Shown: positions 48,001 through 60,311 of the stretch, piece by piece
Layout of the letters: each line of letters starts with the position of its first letter
Position numbering within the stretch: position 1 is the stretch's first letter
Assembly (NCBI GenBank): GCA_039621445.1
Contig: CP154954.1
Coordinates: 30,136,395-30,200,394, forward strand
Direction: 5' to 3'
DNA length: 64,000 nt
Origin: Euglena gracilis
Lineage: Eukaryota
Notes under the pieces: model-generated
Databases searched by the model: none
Told to the model about the DNA's origin: nothing
Seen by the model: only the letters and a program-made list of their open reading frames with translations
Made by a program: the position numbers and the translations under genes

Positions 48001-50672
48001 AAAATGCGAAACGCACCTGCCCCCCTGAATACTTCCTGCAATGCCGTCCTCTTCTCCATCACAAAAAAAAATATTTCAACAGTGAAAAAAAAATCATTTT
48101 TTACCAACCCACCTCCCCCCCCGGGGGAAACTGTCACCTGACAGGTTGGCTGGTATAAAGGACCCTGTAAACTTCCTATACTGACAGGTTGGCCGGTGCC
48201 AAGGACCCTGACAGTTTCACGGGTTGGGAATTTCAAGGGAAAGTCAATTAAAACGACCTGAGAAGGTTGGCCGGTGCCAGGGACCCTGACAGTTTCCCGG
48301 CAGGACCCTGACAGGTTCTCGTGCATGACAGTTTCCCATGGGGGGGGGGTATGTAAACCCCCCCAAATAACCCCCCCCACAAATAACACCCCCCCGAGTA
48401 GCGCCCCCCCCCCTCAGGGGCTGATTTAGAGCGCCCAAATAACACCCCCCCTGTTTTCCTTTGGTTTTCCATGTAAAAATAGCACCCCCCCCAAATAACA
48501 CCCCCCCCTGGGGCCCCAGCTCGGGTGCCCAAATAACACACCGGGGGGTGTTATTTGCGGGGGGGGGTAACTTTTGAAATATGAAGGTTTGAGAACGAAG
48601 GGTATGAGCGCACCGGGCTGCAGCTTGGCGTTTAGAAAGAGGCACTGGTATGCGGTGAGGAACACCTGCGAGACAATGTGGCACGGGCTTTTCGCAAAAT
48701 AATGACTGAACCACCAGCTGATGCTGCGACACCGAACTCGCTGCTTATCGGCCAGCACCCGATACTCAACCCCACCCCTTCCCCCTTTTTCATGTGTTAG
48801 CCTTCTTCGAGGAAGGTTGCGTGCCCTTTTGATTTTTGAGCAGCATTGATAAAAAAAAAGGTCCTCCCAAAAGGGTCGAAGGAAAGCAAAAAGAAGCCTT
48901 CAGCGCGGGGGAAAAATTCCTGCGGATGGGGGCCAATTGTTCAAACGGGGGAGGTGGGGCAAAAGCTGCTAATTATGCAAAAAGCCGATTTCTTTCACCC
49001 AAAATTCGCCCTGGGCAGCACAATTCCAACCCATAATTCTAAGCGAACTCTTCAACGGTGGCTGCCAGGAATACACCCCAGGTCATACTTCGGAGAGTCA
49101 ATTGGCACTTACTACTTCGTCTTCTTCATTAAATAACGCTCATTGAACTTTTGAGTGTCTGTTGCAAGAGATATTCACAGGTAAAAGGATGCATAACCCC
49201 CCCCATTTAAACCGACCCATCGGTTTAGGACTTTTGGGTTGGTGGAAATCCTGGAAGGGGTGGGTTTGGAGGGGGGTTGGTTCAACCAACCCGCCACCAA
49301 AAGCTCACTTAGTTTGGAAGTTTGGATACACCCACACCTCACCCGTTGATGACATTAAGCCCTTCACCTTGCCTTCCTTTGTTCATAACCCTTTGGACAA
49401 AATTGGTAAAAAGTTTCATGAGGAATGTCGGGCTTCCAGTGCGGCGTCCATTCCACTGTCACCTGTGCCGCCAACCAAACAGCGCTCCATCCGCTCATAT
49501 TTCACACAAAAATAACTAACCTCCCCCCCTAATAAGTGCACGGGTGCGCGCATTTTAAGGACGTCGTTTCGGACCCCAAGGGGTGTGCACTTATTAGGGC
49601 AGTGCGCACTTTTTAGGACAAAGCCAAAAATACTTACATTTCCCCCACTCTTTTCAATTTTCCCCCTATTTTGTGATTTCAAGCTATGAGTCAAATGATT
49701 ATGTGTCAAATTTGGGCTTGGACAATAGAAATATTTGGTTGGAGAAGGACAGTTCTGAATATTGTGTGTGCTTTCCGACCTGAGGTGTGACAGTGATTTC
49801 TCATTTGGGGGGGGTGCGCACTTTTTAGGGAGGTAGTTTCGAACCCTTGGGGGGTGCGCACTTATTAGGGCACTGCGCACAATTAGCGCACTGCGCACTT
49901 CTTGGAGGGGATTTATTCGACGCTCTTTTTGGTGGCGGCTTCCATTATGTTGTGCATGTTTGTCAGCCAACTTGCAATGGGTCGGTTTATTTCCTTTTTT
50001 GGTTGAAATTCTGCAATGGGTCAGTTTGGAAGGGGGGCCGGTTTAAATGGGGGGGGGGTTACGTTCCTGTGCACCAGTTTGCATCCCCCAAAGCGTCGCT
50101 TGGGGATCCCCGGGGAGGGGGCAGCTTAGAGGCTGGAAAATTCAGGCTCGCTCGAATAAGGCTGCTGGATGACCCCCCCCTCCAGGAGACCCTCAGCTGG
50201 AACTGGTCCTGACCTGGATCAAACGGGGTACCCAAAAAAAATGGTGCCCCCAAAAGTGCAAATAATACAAAAAATATATAGTAATAATATAATATAAATT
50301 ATACAATCGATTCTCCACCCAAAATTTGCCCCAGCCCCTAGTTTTGCCCATTGGGCAATTTGAAAATCCAAAGAAAAAATTCCGCTACTTAAAACCTCGT
50401 CAATGGAGGGATCCGAGGCTAGAAAATGCTGCTAGCCAGAAAAAGGCTACTGGACACCCCCCCCCCCGCGGGATCAGGTCCACTACAGCTTAAGCGACGC
50501 CAGCGATGCCTGTTTGTGTGTGCATGCCAGGGCATGCACACACAAACAGGCACAACTGTGTGCATGATAATGGCCACAAAAATAAAGTGGTTCAAAACAT
50601 CTGACATTCACAGCAGTTGCCGCACATGCACCACCGACTGCAAACACCACGCACATGTGCGCGCGTACGCAT

Positions 50673-50715
<43 letters not shown>

Positions 50716-50733
50716 TACACACACACGCGCACG

Positions 50734-50804
<71 letters not shown>

Positions 50805-50927
50805 CACACACGTGCGCGCACGCGCGCACACGCGCAACACACACACACACACACGCACGCACACACACACACACACACACAGCACAGCACACACGCGCGC
50901 ACGCACGCATACACACACACACACAAT

Positions 50928-50958
<31 letters not shown>

Positions 50959-53900
50959 ACATGTTCACCCCCACACATAAATGCACACACTTCTGGGATG
51001 GCAGCCGCATCGGTCCAGGAGACACCATCCGGGATGGGGATGCAGCACCCCACGTCCGCCACGCAGTACTGGGCGTACCCCCCGCCACTCAGCAGCGCCA
51101 TGACCCGGTCCCCCGGGCGGAACTGGGTTACGTTGGCCCCGGTTTTCTCCACGATGCCGGCAGCCTCCAGCCCTGTGGAGGGGGGGGGGGGCAGGACCGC
51201 CAACGGCCACGTGGTCAAAAATGCGTCGTGAAGATGACTGCAGATGGAAAACATTCCGCCCAACCACCCCCCGAACGGAGCGCACAGGACGGGTTTTTTT
51301 TTACTAAGCGGCCCATTGCAAGCGAGACAGTCCGGAGTGAAACTTAAAAGAAAAGGTGTGCACAAAAACATACATTTGTATAAGTATACATATATGTGCA
51401 TACTTTACACACACGTGCACACGCGTGCATATGTAGACCCCCTCGCCAGTGGTCAAATGCACCAGTGCCTTCGGTCGACTGCGTTTTGATGGGTGGGGCG
51501 ATGGACAGCAGGCACACCGAGGATGTCGGACGCCCCGGGAGGCGGCGGGTACAAGCCCCGCCGCTGCATTGCCCTCAGCGTCCCCGGGTTGGCAGAGTGA
51601 ATCCGCCCCCCCCTCCCGTGTAAAAAAAAAAGAAAACCCCTCGTCTGGGTCAAACACCAAACCGACACAGATGGATCCCCAGAAGGACATCACATTGGCG
51701 AGCCAGGTGGCAAAAGGAAGGATACCGTGGAAGCGAACAAAAAATGCTCTTGCCATTTTGTTTTGGGAGGCACATTTGCAGATTCCTTCTGGAATGTTTC
51801 ATGCACCGTCGCCTGCTATGGTGCCGTAATTCTTGCATCCCCGAAATCTTTGAGACTTTGCGATGTGTTTCAGAGTCCCGGGCATAACCCCCCCCCTAAT
51901 AGAAGCGCGGGCGCGCTTATAGCAGCCGCCGCCTCTGGCGGCGGGGGGTGCGCTTCTATTTGGACCCTACCCACGCGATTTTTGTTGATTTCCTTTAGAA
52001 ATCCCATCAAAATGGGGGGTGCACTCGTGCCTTCGGCGGCGGGGGGGTGCGCTTTTATTTGGGCCCTGCGCTTGCGAGCGACCCCGTGCTTCTATTGGGG
52101 GGGGTACCCATTTACAGCATGTGAGTCAAATTATGAAAGACAGCAAATGTTAGCCAAATAAAACGTTGCGTAAATGATGTTCTGCTTCAACAAAAATACA
52201 CTTTACATACAAATACCCCTTGCGCAGGACCCCAGGGCGGTTTCTCACGGCGTCGCTGAGCTGCTATCCCTTTATGGGTAAGAGCGAAGCTTACCCCTGG
52301 GGAAAAGGGGGGGTCGCCCCCCCCCCGCCCCCCCGCCCCGGGTCGGGGCCACCTCGAGAACCGGTGGATTATCACCATGATCCCGGCTCCGTTCCCGGAA
52401 TTTTTTTTCAGTCTCAAGCGACTGGATCTCTAGTTTCCGAATCACCACCGTTTGATCCCCAACTCCCCGCCAGGCCCGAGTTATTCACGCGCGAAAGGGG
52501 TCCAAACTGTGTACTGACCCCCCTCTTCCGACTCTGCCATTTCGCCGGGGTCAAAAATGGGGCAAAAAATCGTTTTTTCGAAAATATCTCGAGAAAACGT
52601 ACATTATCTCCAGAAATGTCCCGCTGACAAAATGTACCCCTGGAGGCCCTCTATCACCCCCCGTTGGCCATTTTGGCCGCCGACACGCCTGGCCCGTGTT
52701 CTGGCGCGGTGCTGTGGTCCAAAACGGCCGTTTTGGGGTGTTTTTTTTGGCCCGCTTTTTTGGCCAAAAAAATCTGTTTTTCAAAAAGACCTCGACTATG
52801 AAACAAAATCAAAGGAAAAGTCCGGAGAACAAAAATGAAGACCTTGGAATGCCCTGTCCAACCATGGTTTGCTTTCCCCCAACTCTTCGTGAGCCTGAGT
52901 TATGACCATTTTTCGGCCAATTTTAGCCCATTTCTGGAGCCATTTTGGGCTGTTTTTGGGGTCCCCGCCCTCCCGAGTTACGGCCATTTTTTGGCCAATT
53001 TTGGCCATTTTGTACAGCCATTTACATGGCCATTTTGTACAGCCATTTTGTACAGCCATTTTTTTGGCCATTTTGGCCTGTTTTGAATTGGCCATTTTCG
53101 GCCATTTTGGGTCAAAAAAACGTGAAAAAAATCGAAAAAAAATTGCCCGAAACGATGTTTTTGGCCTCCCGGAAAAACTGTTTTTGAGCCCAAAATGAGT
53201 GTTTTTCGACCCCCTGGCCCCCTGTTTTTGTCCCGAAACCCATGGGTTTTGGGTCCACCACCCCAGGACCCCTAGGACCCTGGCCAGGGCAGAACGGGAA
53301 ACGGCCTCGCGGCCAGGGTGGTGGGTGGGGGTCGACCCCCCCCCACCACCTCTTCCCGTTGTTCTGGTGGCACCAATTTTTGGACCCAAAATTTTTTCCC
53401 GGCGCCTTTGGCGCCGGGTGCTTTTTTGACCCATTTTGGGACCCATGCACGAGGTCCCCCCAAAAGGGTGAAAAATTCGAAAAAAGCCGGGAAAAATTTT
53501 TGAAACGATGTTCTTTGGCCTCCCGGACCCGGAAAAACTGTTTTTGAGCCGAAAATGAGCACCAAAATGTACCGAAAAAAATTTCCCATACTCCGCCCCT
53601 GTGTCCGAGCCACGTTTTCGGTTTTACAGTGGAAAACCTCGCAAGGTAAAACTCAGCACTATTCAAAACCTGTTTAACCCCATCAGCTGCCAATTCTTGT
53701 GCCCCTCCTCCATTATCCCATGATACAACATCACCAGAATCACCACAATTTATTGAAGCAAAATACGACGCAACAATGATTCTTGCAGAATCTTCTTCGA
53801 CAGAAACATCTTTCTGTTTTTCCCTGGGGTAGCTTCAAATTCACTCTGAAAAGCTGAGGTTCGTCAATGCCCAACTGCCAGGTTTTGTCAAATCCCAGAG

Positions 53901-54045
53901 GTCAAACTTTCTCCAGCAATGGCACCTGTTTAAAAAATTGTGTTACCCTAAAGAAGCAATTGAGCCGTCTGTTTAGCCATGACAAGTGGTCGATTTTGTG
54001 CACTTGCGTGGCCCCTTGTTTTTGGAGCTGTCGCATGTGCTTGTG

Positions 54046-54076
<31 letters not shown>

Positions 54077-57000
54077 TTGTTGAATACACCAAGCGAACCA
54101 GGCTTCTTTTTTTTGTGACCCCCTCCCCCCAGGGAGGGGGTCACAAAACAGGCCCATCTGACAAAAAAAACTTCAAAACTCCAGTTTTCATCATTTTGAT
54201 TTACAGAATTTTGCCAATATTTTTCAGGTGGCCAGAGAACAAACCCCTCAATGCTTCATTCTCCGACCATTTTTCGACCATTTTCAAAAATTTCCGGCTC
54301 AATGGGTTGAGCCAGAATTTTTTTGGCGCAACCCAATCCCGCAGGGGGGGGGGGGGCTTGGCCGAGAACCCCCTGGGGGTGTTCTGGGTTTAAAATATCC
54401 CGGGCATCTCCCACCTTTGAGGTCATGGTCAGCCCTGGTCGCTCATCATCGCTCACGGTCGCTCATCGGTGCGGGTGAATATGAGCCGCCCTGGCCACCC
54501 ATCCCTCCATTCCACATTCCAAAAGAACTGCGATCTGAGGGGGCCTCTGACTGTGTCGGCGCGGTTGACGGCGGTGGCGTGCACGCGGATGAGCACGCCA
54601 TCCGGGTCCACAGCAGGGACTGGGATGCCGTCCTGGACGAAGAGGTCGGCGGGCCGGGGCTGCCCCTCCGAGGGCGATCGGATCTGCGGAGGGGCGGGCA
54701 ACGCTGGGCCAGCCCCAGACACGTTCCTGTGCGGGGGGCAGTGCCACACGGGTTCACTCAGTGTCCTCCGGGGGGGGGGGGGCTGGGGACAAGAACCCCC
54801 AAACCCCCACCACCCACTTCTTTTCAGGTTGGAAACCACCTGCCCACGGCTCCACTTAACGACCTCCCTCCGGGGCTTAGGCGGCCTAACTTGCACTAAG
54901 CTTTGAAAATGTCTGTAAATTTGCGCCAACGCGCAATGCCAAAGAATTTTTCTGTTTTCGAACACCGGGGCCTGAGACTCGAGACAGCCCGCATTAGTGT
55001 CTCCAAGGGCCTGGGGACGAAACCAACGACTTGGAACTCTATGGTCTGAAGGCACAGCGCTCCCGGGCCCAGTGTGCATGAATACAAAGCGCCGGGTGAT
55101 GAAACGAGGGGACTCCATTGCACAGTTGCACCTTGGCGCAACGATTGTTTTTCATTAGAAAAAATAAAACACATTGTGCTTGAGCGTAAACTTTTTAGCT
55201 TTTTTGTAATTCAACATGTGGGTGACCATTGCCATACTTGCGCAATGATGTAACATATGTGTCAACATTTGTTTCCATTGCGTCACAGCGCAATGGGCAG
55301 GCTTATGAAGAATGGAAATTTAAGAGTTACATTGCGCCAAAGCGAGAACCACAATTTTTATAATTTTATGTTAGCGGGGTGTTGCGCCAAAGCGCAATAT
55401 AACTGCTTGAAAATTAATCTTATTAATTATCATTATAAGATAATTATCATATCGCTTATGTAGAATGGAATTTTAAGAGTTACATTGCGTCAAAGCACAA
55501 TAGAAATACAATTTTAAAACTGTAAAAGCAGCGTGGGTGTTGCGCCGAAGCGCAATGTTGACCACTTTTAAGACAACGTGACCGAGGGTAGGCTTTCATC
55601 CCCCTGCTCTACATTTTTGTGTTCTATCCCCTCTGGTGTTCATCCTCTACCAAAGCCGTTCTCTCCCTCCGTTGTAAGATAATTTTCAAGCTGTTAATAA
55701 GCCTGCCCATTGCGCTTCGGCGCAACAGTTGCCAATTTTTAAGTCCTCATTTCTATCACTGCGGGTGGAGAGTCCTGGAAGCATCTCATTACCAGAGCGG
55801 ACAGAGCAAAGGTGAAGGGAAACCTTGCCTGGGACAGGAAGCAACCCCTGGTGTGTGAAAACAACCACCAACTTCTTCATATCCAGACGTCTCTTGTCCT
55901 AGGCATTGTGAGCCCAACTGCCAGTGCCGGAGGTTCCTCCCACTTGCTTCGCAGTTAAGCATGCCTGAGGTGCCCTTCTTTTGGCCAACTTTTGAAAGTC
56001 GGAAATTTTCTTTTTAAAAAAGAACAGGTACCAGTTGAACCCTTGGAATCACAGCCGAGGAAACCATTTTAGGCATCAAAAACGTGTTTTAAAGAAGCTC
56101 GTCACCCCCCTTTTCTCACCCAGTATTTGAAGCACACAACTTTGGGGATGAGCGAATGGAATTGAGAAATCGAAAGGGTCCATTAACAACGGCGGAGAAG
56201 GGAAGGCATGCTGACACATCTGTATTCCCATCATTCTCCTCAATCCCCCACGTTCTCACACAGCACGAACACATTGAAATACAATTTCTATTTGAAAAGA
56301 CGTTGTGCTTAAGCGCAATAGTTTTATCTTGCACTTAAGCGCAATGTCAAACGATTGCACTTAAGCTCAATGGTTATCGGAAGCCCCCTGAGCTTATGGG
56401 AATCCCTCTGATGTGTTACGGTGTGTCGGGGGCCCCTCTCTGCACGGCCAGAGTGTAGGCTTGGTGAGGAAATACATTGCGCCAAAGCGCAAGGGACATG
56501 CCTACATAATGCACTGCCTGTTCATTCAGATTACGTGTCAGTCCCTGGGCTTGCCCTCAATAGCCCCCAACCCCACCCACCTGGATGGTTCCTGCTGTAC
56601 CGCTCCTCGCGCTTCAAGCACCCAGCTCAAAGGCGGGAAATTTTGGCTGGCTGAAAACAAGCTGCTGGCTGACCCTCCGGCACCCCCATGAATCGAACCG
56701 GATGCCAGAAGATACAAATTGTGCCGCTTCTATATTCGAAATGTGTGCTCAGAATCGAAATTGAAAGTGTTTGTGGGCAAAAAAAACCAGGAACAACGCC
56801 TGGGGAGATTCATTCATAGCCAGGGCATCTGAAATCATCGGGGGGGGGGAGGGCAGGCCGAGTGGAAGAAGGGAAAGTTTGAGCTGGCTGCCAAAAGGGT
56901 GCTGGCTGAACCCCATCTCTGCAGGAGATGCCAACTAAGGATACCGAAGGGCCGAATGAAGAACCCCCCCCAAACAAAGGGACACATGCAACAGGACAGG

Positions 57001-57159
57001 ATGCAAGGCGTGCAGATTCCGCCACCACACCGCACAGGCGCATAGGCGGGCTGGGGCGGGCGGTGGGGGGGGGCAGACCTGGACTGCCTTCATCGCGGAG
57101 GTGAGGGACCGCAGCTGTCGCCCAACAGCGGTCGCAAGCCGCGGAAGCCGCCACTGCAT
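36037..57159 (-). CDS. NADPH:quinone oxidoreductase, PIG3/zeta-crystallin (MDR) family, 11 exons, ~366 aa
   Basis: Exons 57159-57079, 54683-54553, 51570-51518, 51172-50991, 48665-48614, 44694-44579, 42602-42566, 40774-40603, 40037-39954, 37519-37445, 36155-36037. Motifs: [118 protein letters not shown]. The model has one surplus nucleotide at the exon 7/8 junction. Confidence 0.92.
36156..37444 (-). other. Nonconventional intron
   Basis: CAACTCC|ACCTGGGGCCCC...GGGGCCCCCCGCCCC|GGCCG. No GT or AG at the borders, pyrimidine|purine at both, GGGGCCCC pairing. Restores GQLRPVVHAV. Confidence 0.72.
41231..41453. mobile_element. hAT-like MITE, 8-bp TSD ACCCCCAT, inside a nonconventional intron
   Basis: acccccat|caggagc-T(n)-aag ... 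ctaaagaaacccctg|acccccat. Related to the copy at ~31014-31290. Confidence 0.8.
41980..42446. mobile_element. TA-flanked MITE-like element with repeated GTGACAATT motifs
   Basis: ta|cccgcccccc...ggcaattg ... caattgcc...ggggcggg|ta. An internal ~100-bp block occurs twice and again at ~61220-61300. Confidence 0.55.
43576..44048. mobile_element. MITE with CAGGGGGGG...AAATGCG TIRs and (AAAAATGCGC)n interior
   Basis: caaagtc|cagggggggggaaaaatgcg ... cgcatttcccccccctg|caaagtc (7-bp direct repeat visible). Related remnant at ~47741-48028. Confidence 0.7.
46718..47705 (+). repeat. Interspersed repeat copy A; inverted partner at 52265-53672
   Basis: Ends caggttttgaatagtgctgag and ggtaagcttcgctcttacccataaagggata recur reverse-complemented at 53652-53672 and 52265-52295. 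Related sequence at ~5960-6850. Confidence 0.8.
50670..50955. repeat. (GCAC)n/(CA)n microsatellite
   Basis: Direct inspection; lies ~35 nt downstream of the 50990 donor on the transcribed strand. Confidence 0.95.
51571..54552 (-). other. Nonconventional intron, ~3 kb
   Basis: GACAC|AGTCAGAGGCCCC...GGGGACGCTGAGGGC|AATG. CAG at +4..+6 pairs with CTG at -8..-6 and C|A occurs at both borders. No AG acceptor at the position required by homology (NRADT-MQRRG). Confidence 0.82.
52265..53672 (-). repeat. Interspersed repeat copy B, inverted relative to 46718-47705
   Basis: A ~240-bp block at 52265-52510 is the near reverse complement of 47455-47705, with further shared internal blocks. Confidence 0.8.
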
Positions 57160-58799
57160 GGCAGGGGGAGGGGGAGGACAGCGGCTGGGCGGACCCGCCC
57201 GCGGAGTCGCCCGGAGAAATCGGTGGGTTGAGGTACTCCCACCAGCAGTGACATGGTTTCTGTCCCCCGAGTGGATTCTGTTCCCCGAACCGGGGCAAAC
57301 TCAAGTTGACGGGAAACCGTGCACATCATTTCATTTTGGTCGCAACGGCAACTGGTGAGAGGGCGGGGTTTGGGGCTGGACTCTGCCCCCCCCCCCTACA
57401 GCACCGTTTCCCCGGGCGTCAGTGACCAGCCTGGCGGTGGAGCCCCCCAGCCAGCCCAAAAGTGTCTGCCACAAAAGGACGGAAAGTCACGGGAAAAGCT
57501 GCACAATGGCACCTTTGAGCGTTTGGGGTCCCTGAGAAAACTCCCACTGTTTTGTTCCCTCCAAAATCGAACGGGGGAAATCGCTTTTCTTGGCTCCGGT
57601 GTTCTGTGTGTTCAAAAATGATTTTTTTCGCAAACCAGGCCGAAAAATCTGGAAAGTGGAACCCGGTCCCGCCATACGACCCCCCCCCAATTCAACTACT
57701 CGGGCCTGGGGGGGGGGGGCAAGGTTGTTGTTATAGGCCGCCACTTGATGATCATAAAAAATGTGTTTTCCATTCACGTGCTTCCCATTCGACGTTGAAA
57801 AAAACTTGCTATTCTGAAATAGTTCACATCTGTAAACTGCGCTGGGGGCTCCCCTCCCAGAGAACCAAGCAACAGAATGGGCACCAGTTTCACAAAGAAA
57901 TGGCAGTTGAGGGCCAGCGCGACCATTGGGGGGGGGGGCTTCTTAGAACTCGCCCTGGTCTCAAAATTTGAACCGTTGCCCCCCCCCCAAGAGCACTCAC
58001 CGTGTTTCACTTCGATGGATAGAAAAACAGAGTATGTTTCAATGGATGGAAAAAAACCATTCGACCAAAACAATGGAACCAAAGGAAAATGAGAAAAGTG
58101 AAAATGATGGAGGATAAGAGAGGTACCTTTCCAGAAGGTGCGAACAGTTTTTGGCTCGGCGGAAATGGGGGAATCCGACCTCTGTTGCCCTTGTTTATGC
58201 CGAAGTGTTTCTCCCTTCATAGAATTTTGCAATGGGTCTCTTCATTCGTTGTGGGGTCTCTGCCTTCTCTTTGCGCATTTTGTGATTTCCCTGCAAAATT
58301 GGACTCCTGGACTCCGGGGGGGGGGGGGCTTGCTTTCTTTTTACCTTCGGTGCCACGCCATGTTTTGAAATCTAATTAGGCAACTCTTTCGGATCCCCTA
58401 AATATCCTCTTTAAACAGCCGGAATGCATGAACACGAACCGAACAATGAACACACACAATGAACATGAAGGTTCCAAATTTTCAGACCATCGACGGCAAT
58501 TAGCAAACGGCGGTGGAGCCTCTGCAGAGGCCCGGCGAAACCTGTGAAACCAAACAGCAAGGCTCTTGACGTGGACGCTCGCTCCGTTGGGGGGGGGGGG
58601 GGGAACGCTTTGAAATTGACTCGCCCCAGTGGATACACCCAAATATGTGCAACCCCAACTTCTTCTGTTCAGGAATATCAGGAGCCTTCTGGGCATGCTC
58701 CGAAATCCCTGACGTGTCTCCATTGTGATTTTGCGTTGCCACCTTTCTTAGAAAACTGCTCCCGGTTTTCAAATGTTGCTTTGCATATTGCAACCACAC

Positions 58800-60142
58800 G
58801 ATGAGCGAAGCACACACCTTCCCGTGTGGCCGCAAAGTCGTCTCTGGGACACGACAGGGCGGAGTCAAAAAACCATATGTGTGGCCAGAGATGCGGTCCT
58901 CGGTGAACGGGGTGGCCAGGAAAATGCGGTCCGGCGGTGAATGGGACGAGGGAGCACAGAGGAGCAACTGCAGTAGCAGGAAGGGAGGGGGGCCAGGGGT
59001 GGTATGTACCAGGCTTCTTTTTAAGCCCCCCGGGGGGGGGGGGGTCCGGTCCGGACCCCCCACCTCCCCTCCCCTGGGGGGGGTCTTCTGACTTAAAAAG
59101 AAGCCTGGTATGTACAGGACGGGCCCGCCCCGGCGAGAGGCCCCAGGAACCCCGGAGCGCTGCAGCGGAGCGGTGCACACCGTTGCCCGGGGCGGCGAAA
59201 CCCTGGCAGCCTTGGCAGCCGCAGTGGGGCGCTGCAGGGATTGGGGGGGTCCCACCGGGGGATGGATCATTCAACGCCCCTGCCCCCTTCAGGGCGTGTC
59301 CTACCCGAGAGCAGGGGCCAAAGACAGGTCAGGTTTTTTGGCCAACGTTTGCAATGTATGAATTTGGTCTCCCGGCCGCACGTCTCCCAAGCCCCCCCAG
59401 GAGGGCAGGTTGCTGCCCACACTTCTGCTGCGAGGGATGGGGGCGGTACTCTTGTTGTGCTCTCCTGTTCCATCGGGGGGGGTGCAGGAATGGGGGACAA
59501 CTTCAGGGTAAAAGTCTGCATGCAAGGAGGAGGTTGCGACACATTTTCCGAAAGCTTGAATGCCCCTCTGGCGTTTGGCACTCAAGCTTTTGGAAAATGT
59601 GTCAAGCACAGTATAAGCCTGGTCCAAATGCTGAATTGATCTTCGGCCTCATTGGGGTAGGGAAGCCCCGGATCCTTCCCCTAAACCACAACTCCCTTCT
59701 GTGTGCTGGGGACCAAATTTCCCGCAGGGATGTTGCGATTAAACCCGGCGGGCGCAACCGTCGAGCGTACTGAAAACCGGCGAGGTTTCGCCGTAATGAC
59801 TTTGCCCTACTTTTAATTTTGGCGCTCTCCGGTAGGCACTAAAAAGAGGAGGAGGCACCCCAGCCGCGGCCAGCCACGGCTGGCCGTGACCAAATTTCCT
59901 TTCCTGTGTCTCGGGTGGTGAACACTCCTTGGACTTCCCCCCCCCCACTGTAAAAACAACAACAACAACAAAAAAGCACAACAAAAAAACTGTTCACAAA
60001 TCCCCCAATCCCCCACATCTCTTCAAACTCTGAACACCACCATACCCACCCCCTCCACCACAGCACCCGACACCTACTAACCTGAATGTGGGCGCAAAAA
60101 TAAAAAAAAAAAAAAAAAAACAAAAAAAGAAAAGGGCGTATC

Positions 60143-60186
<44 letters not shown>

Positions 60187-60278
60187 AAAAAAAAAAAAAA
60201 AAAAAAAACAAAAAGGCTTCAATACTGTGCAGGAAAATGGACAACTGAGCCAACCCCCCAATGCTCACGAAAAAAAAA

Positions 60279-60311
<33 letters not shown>

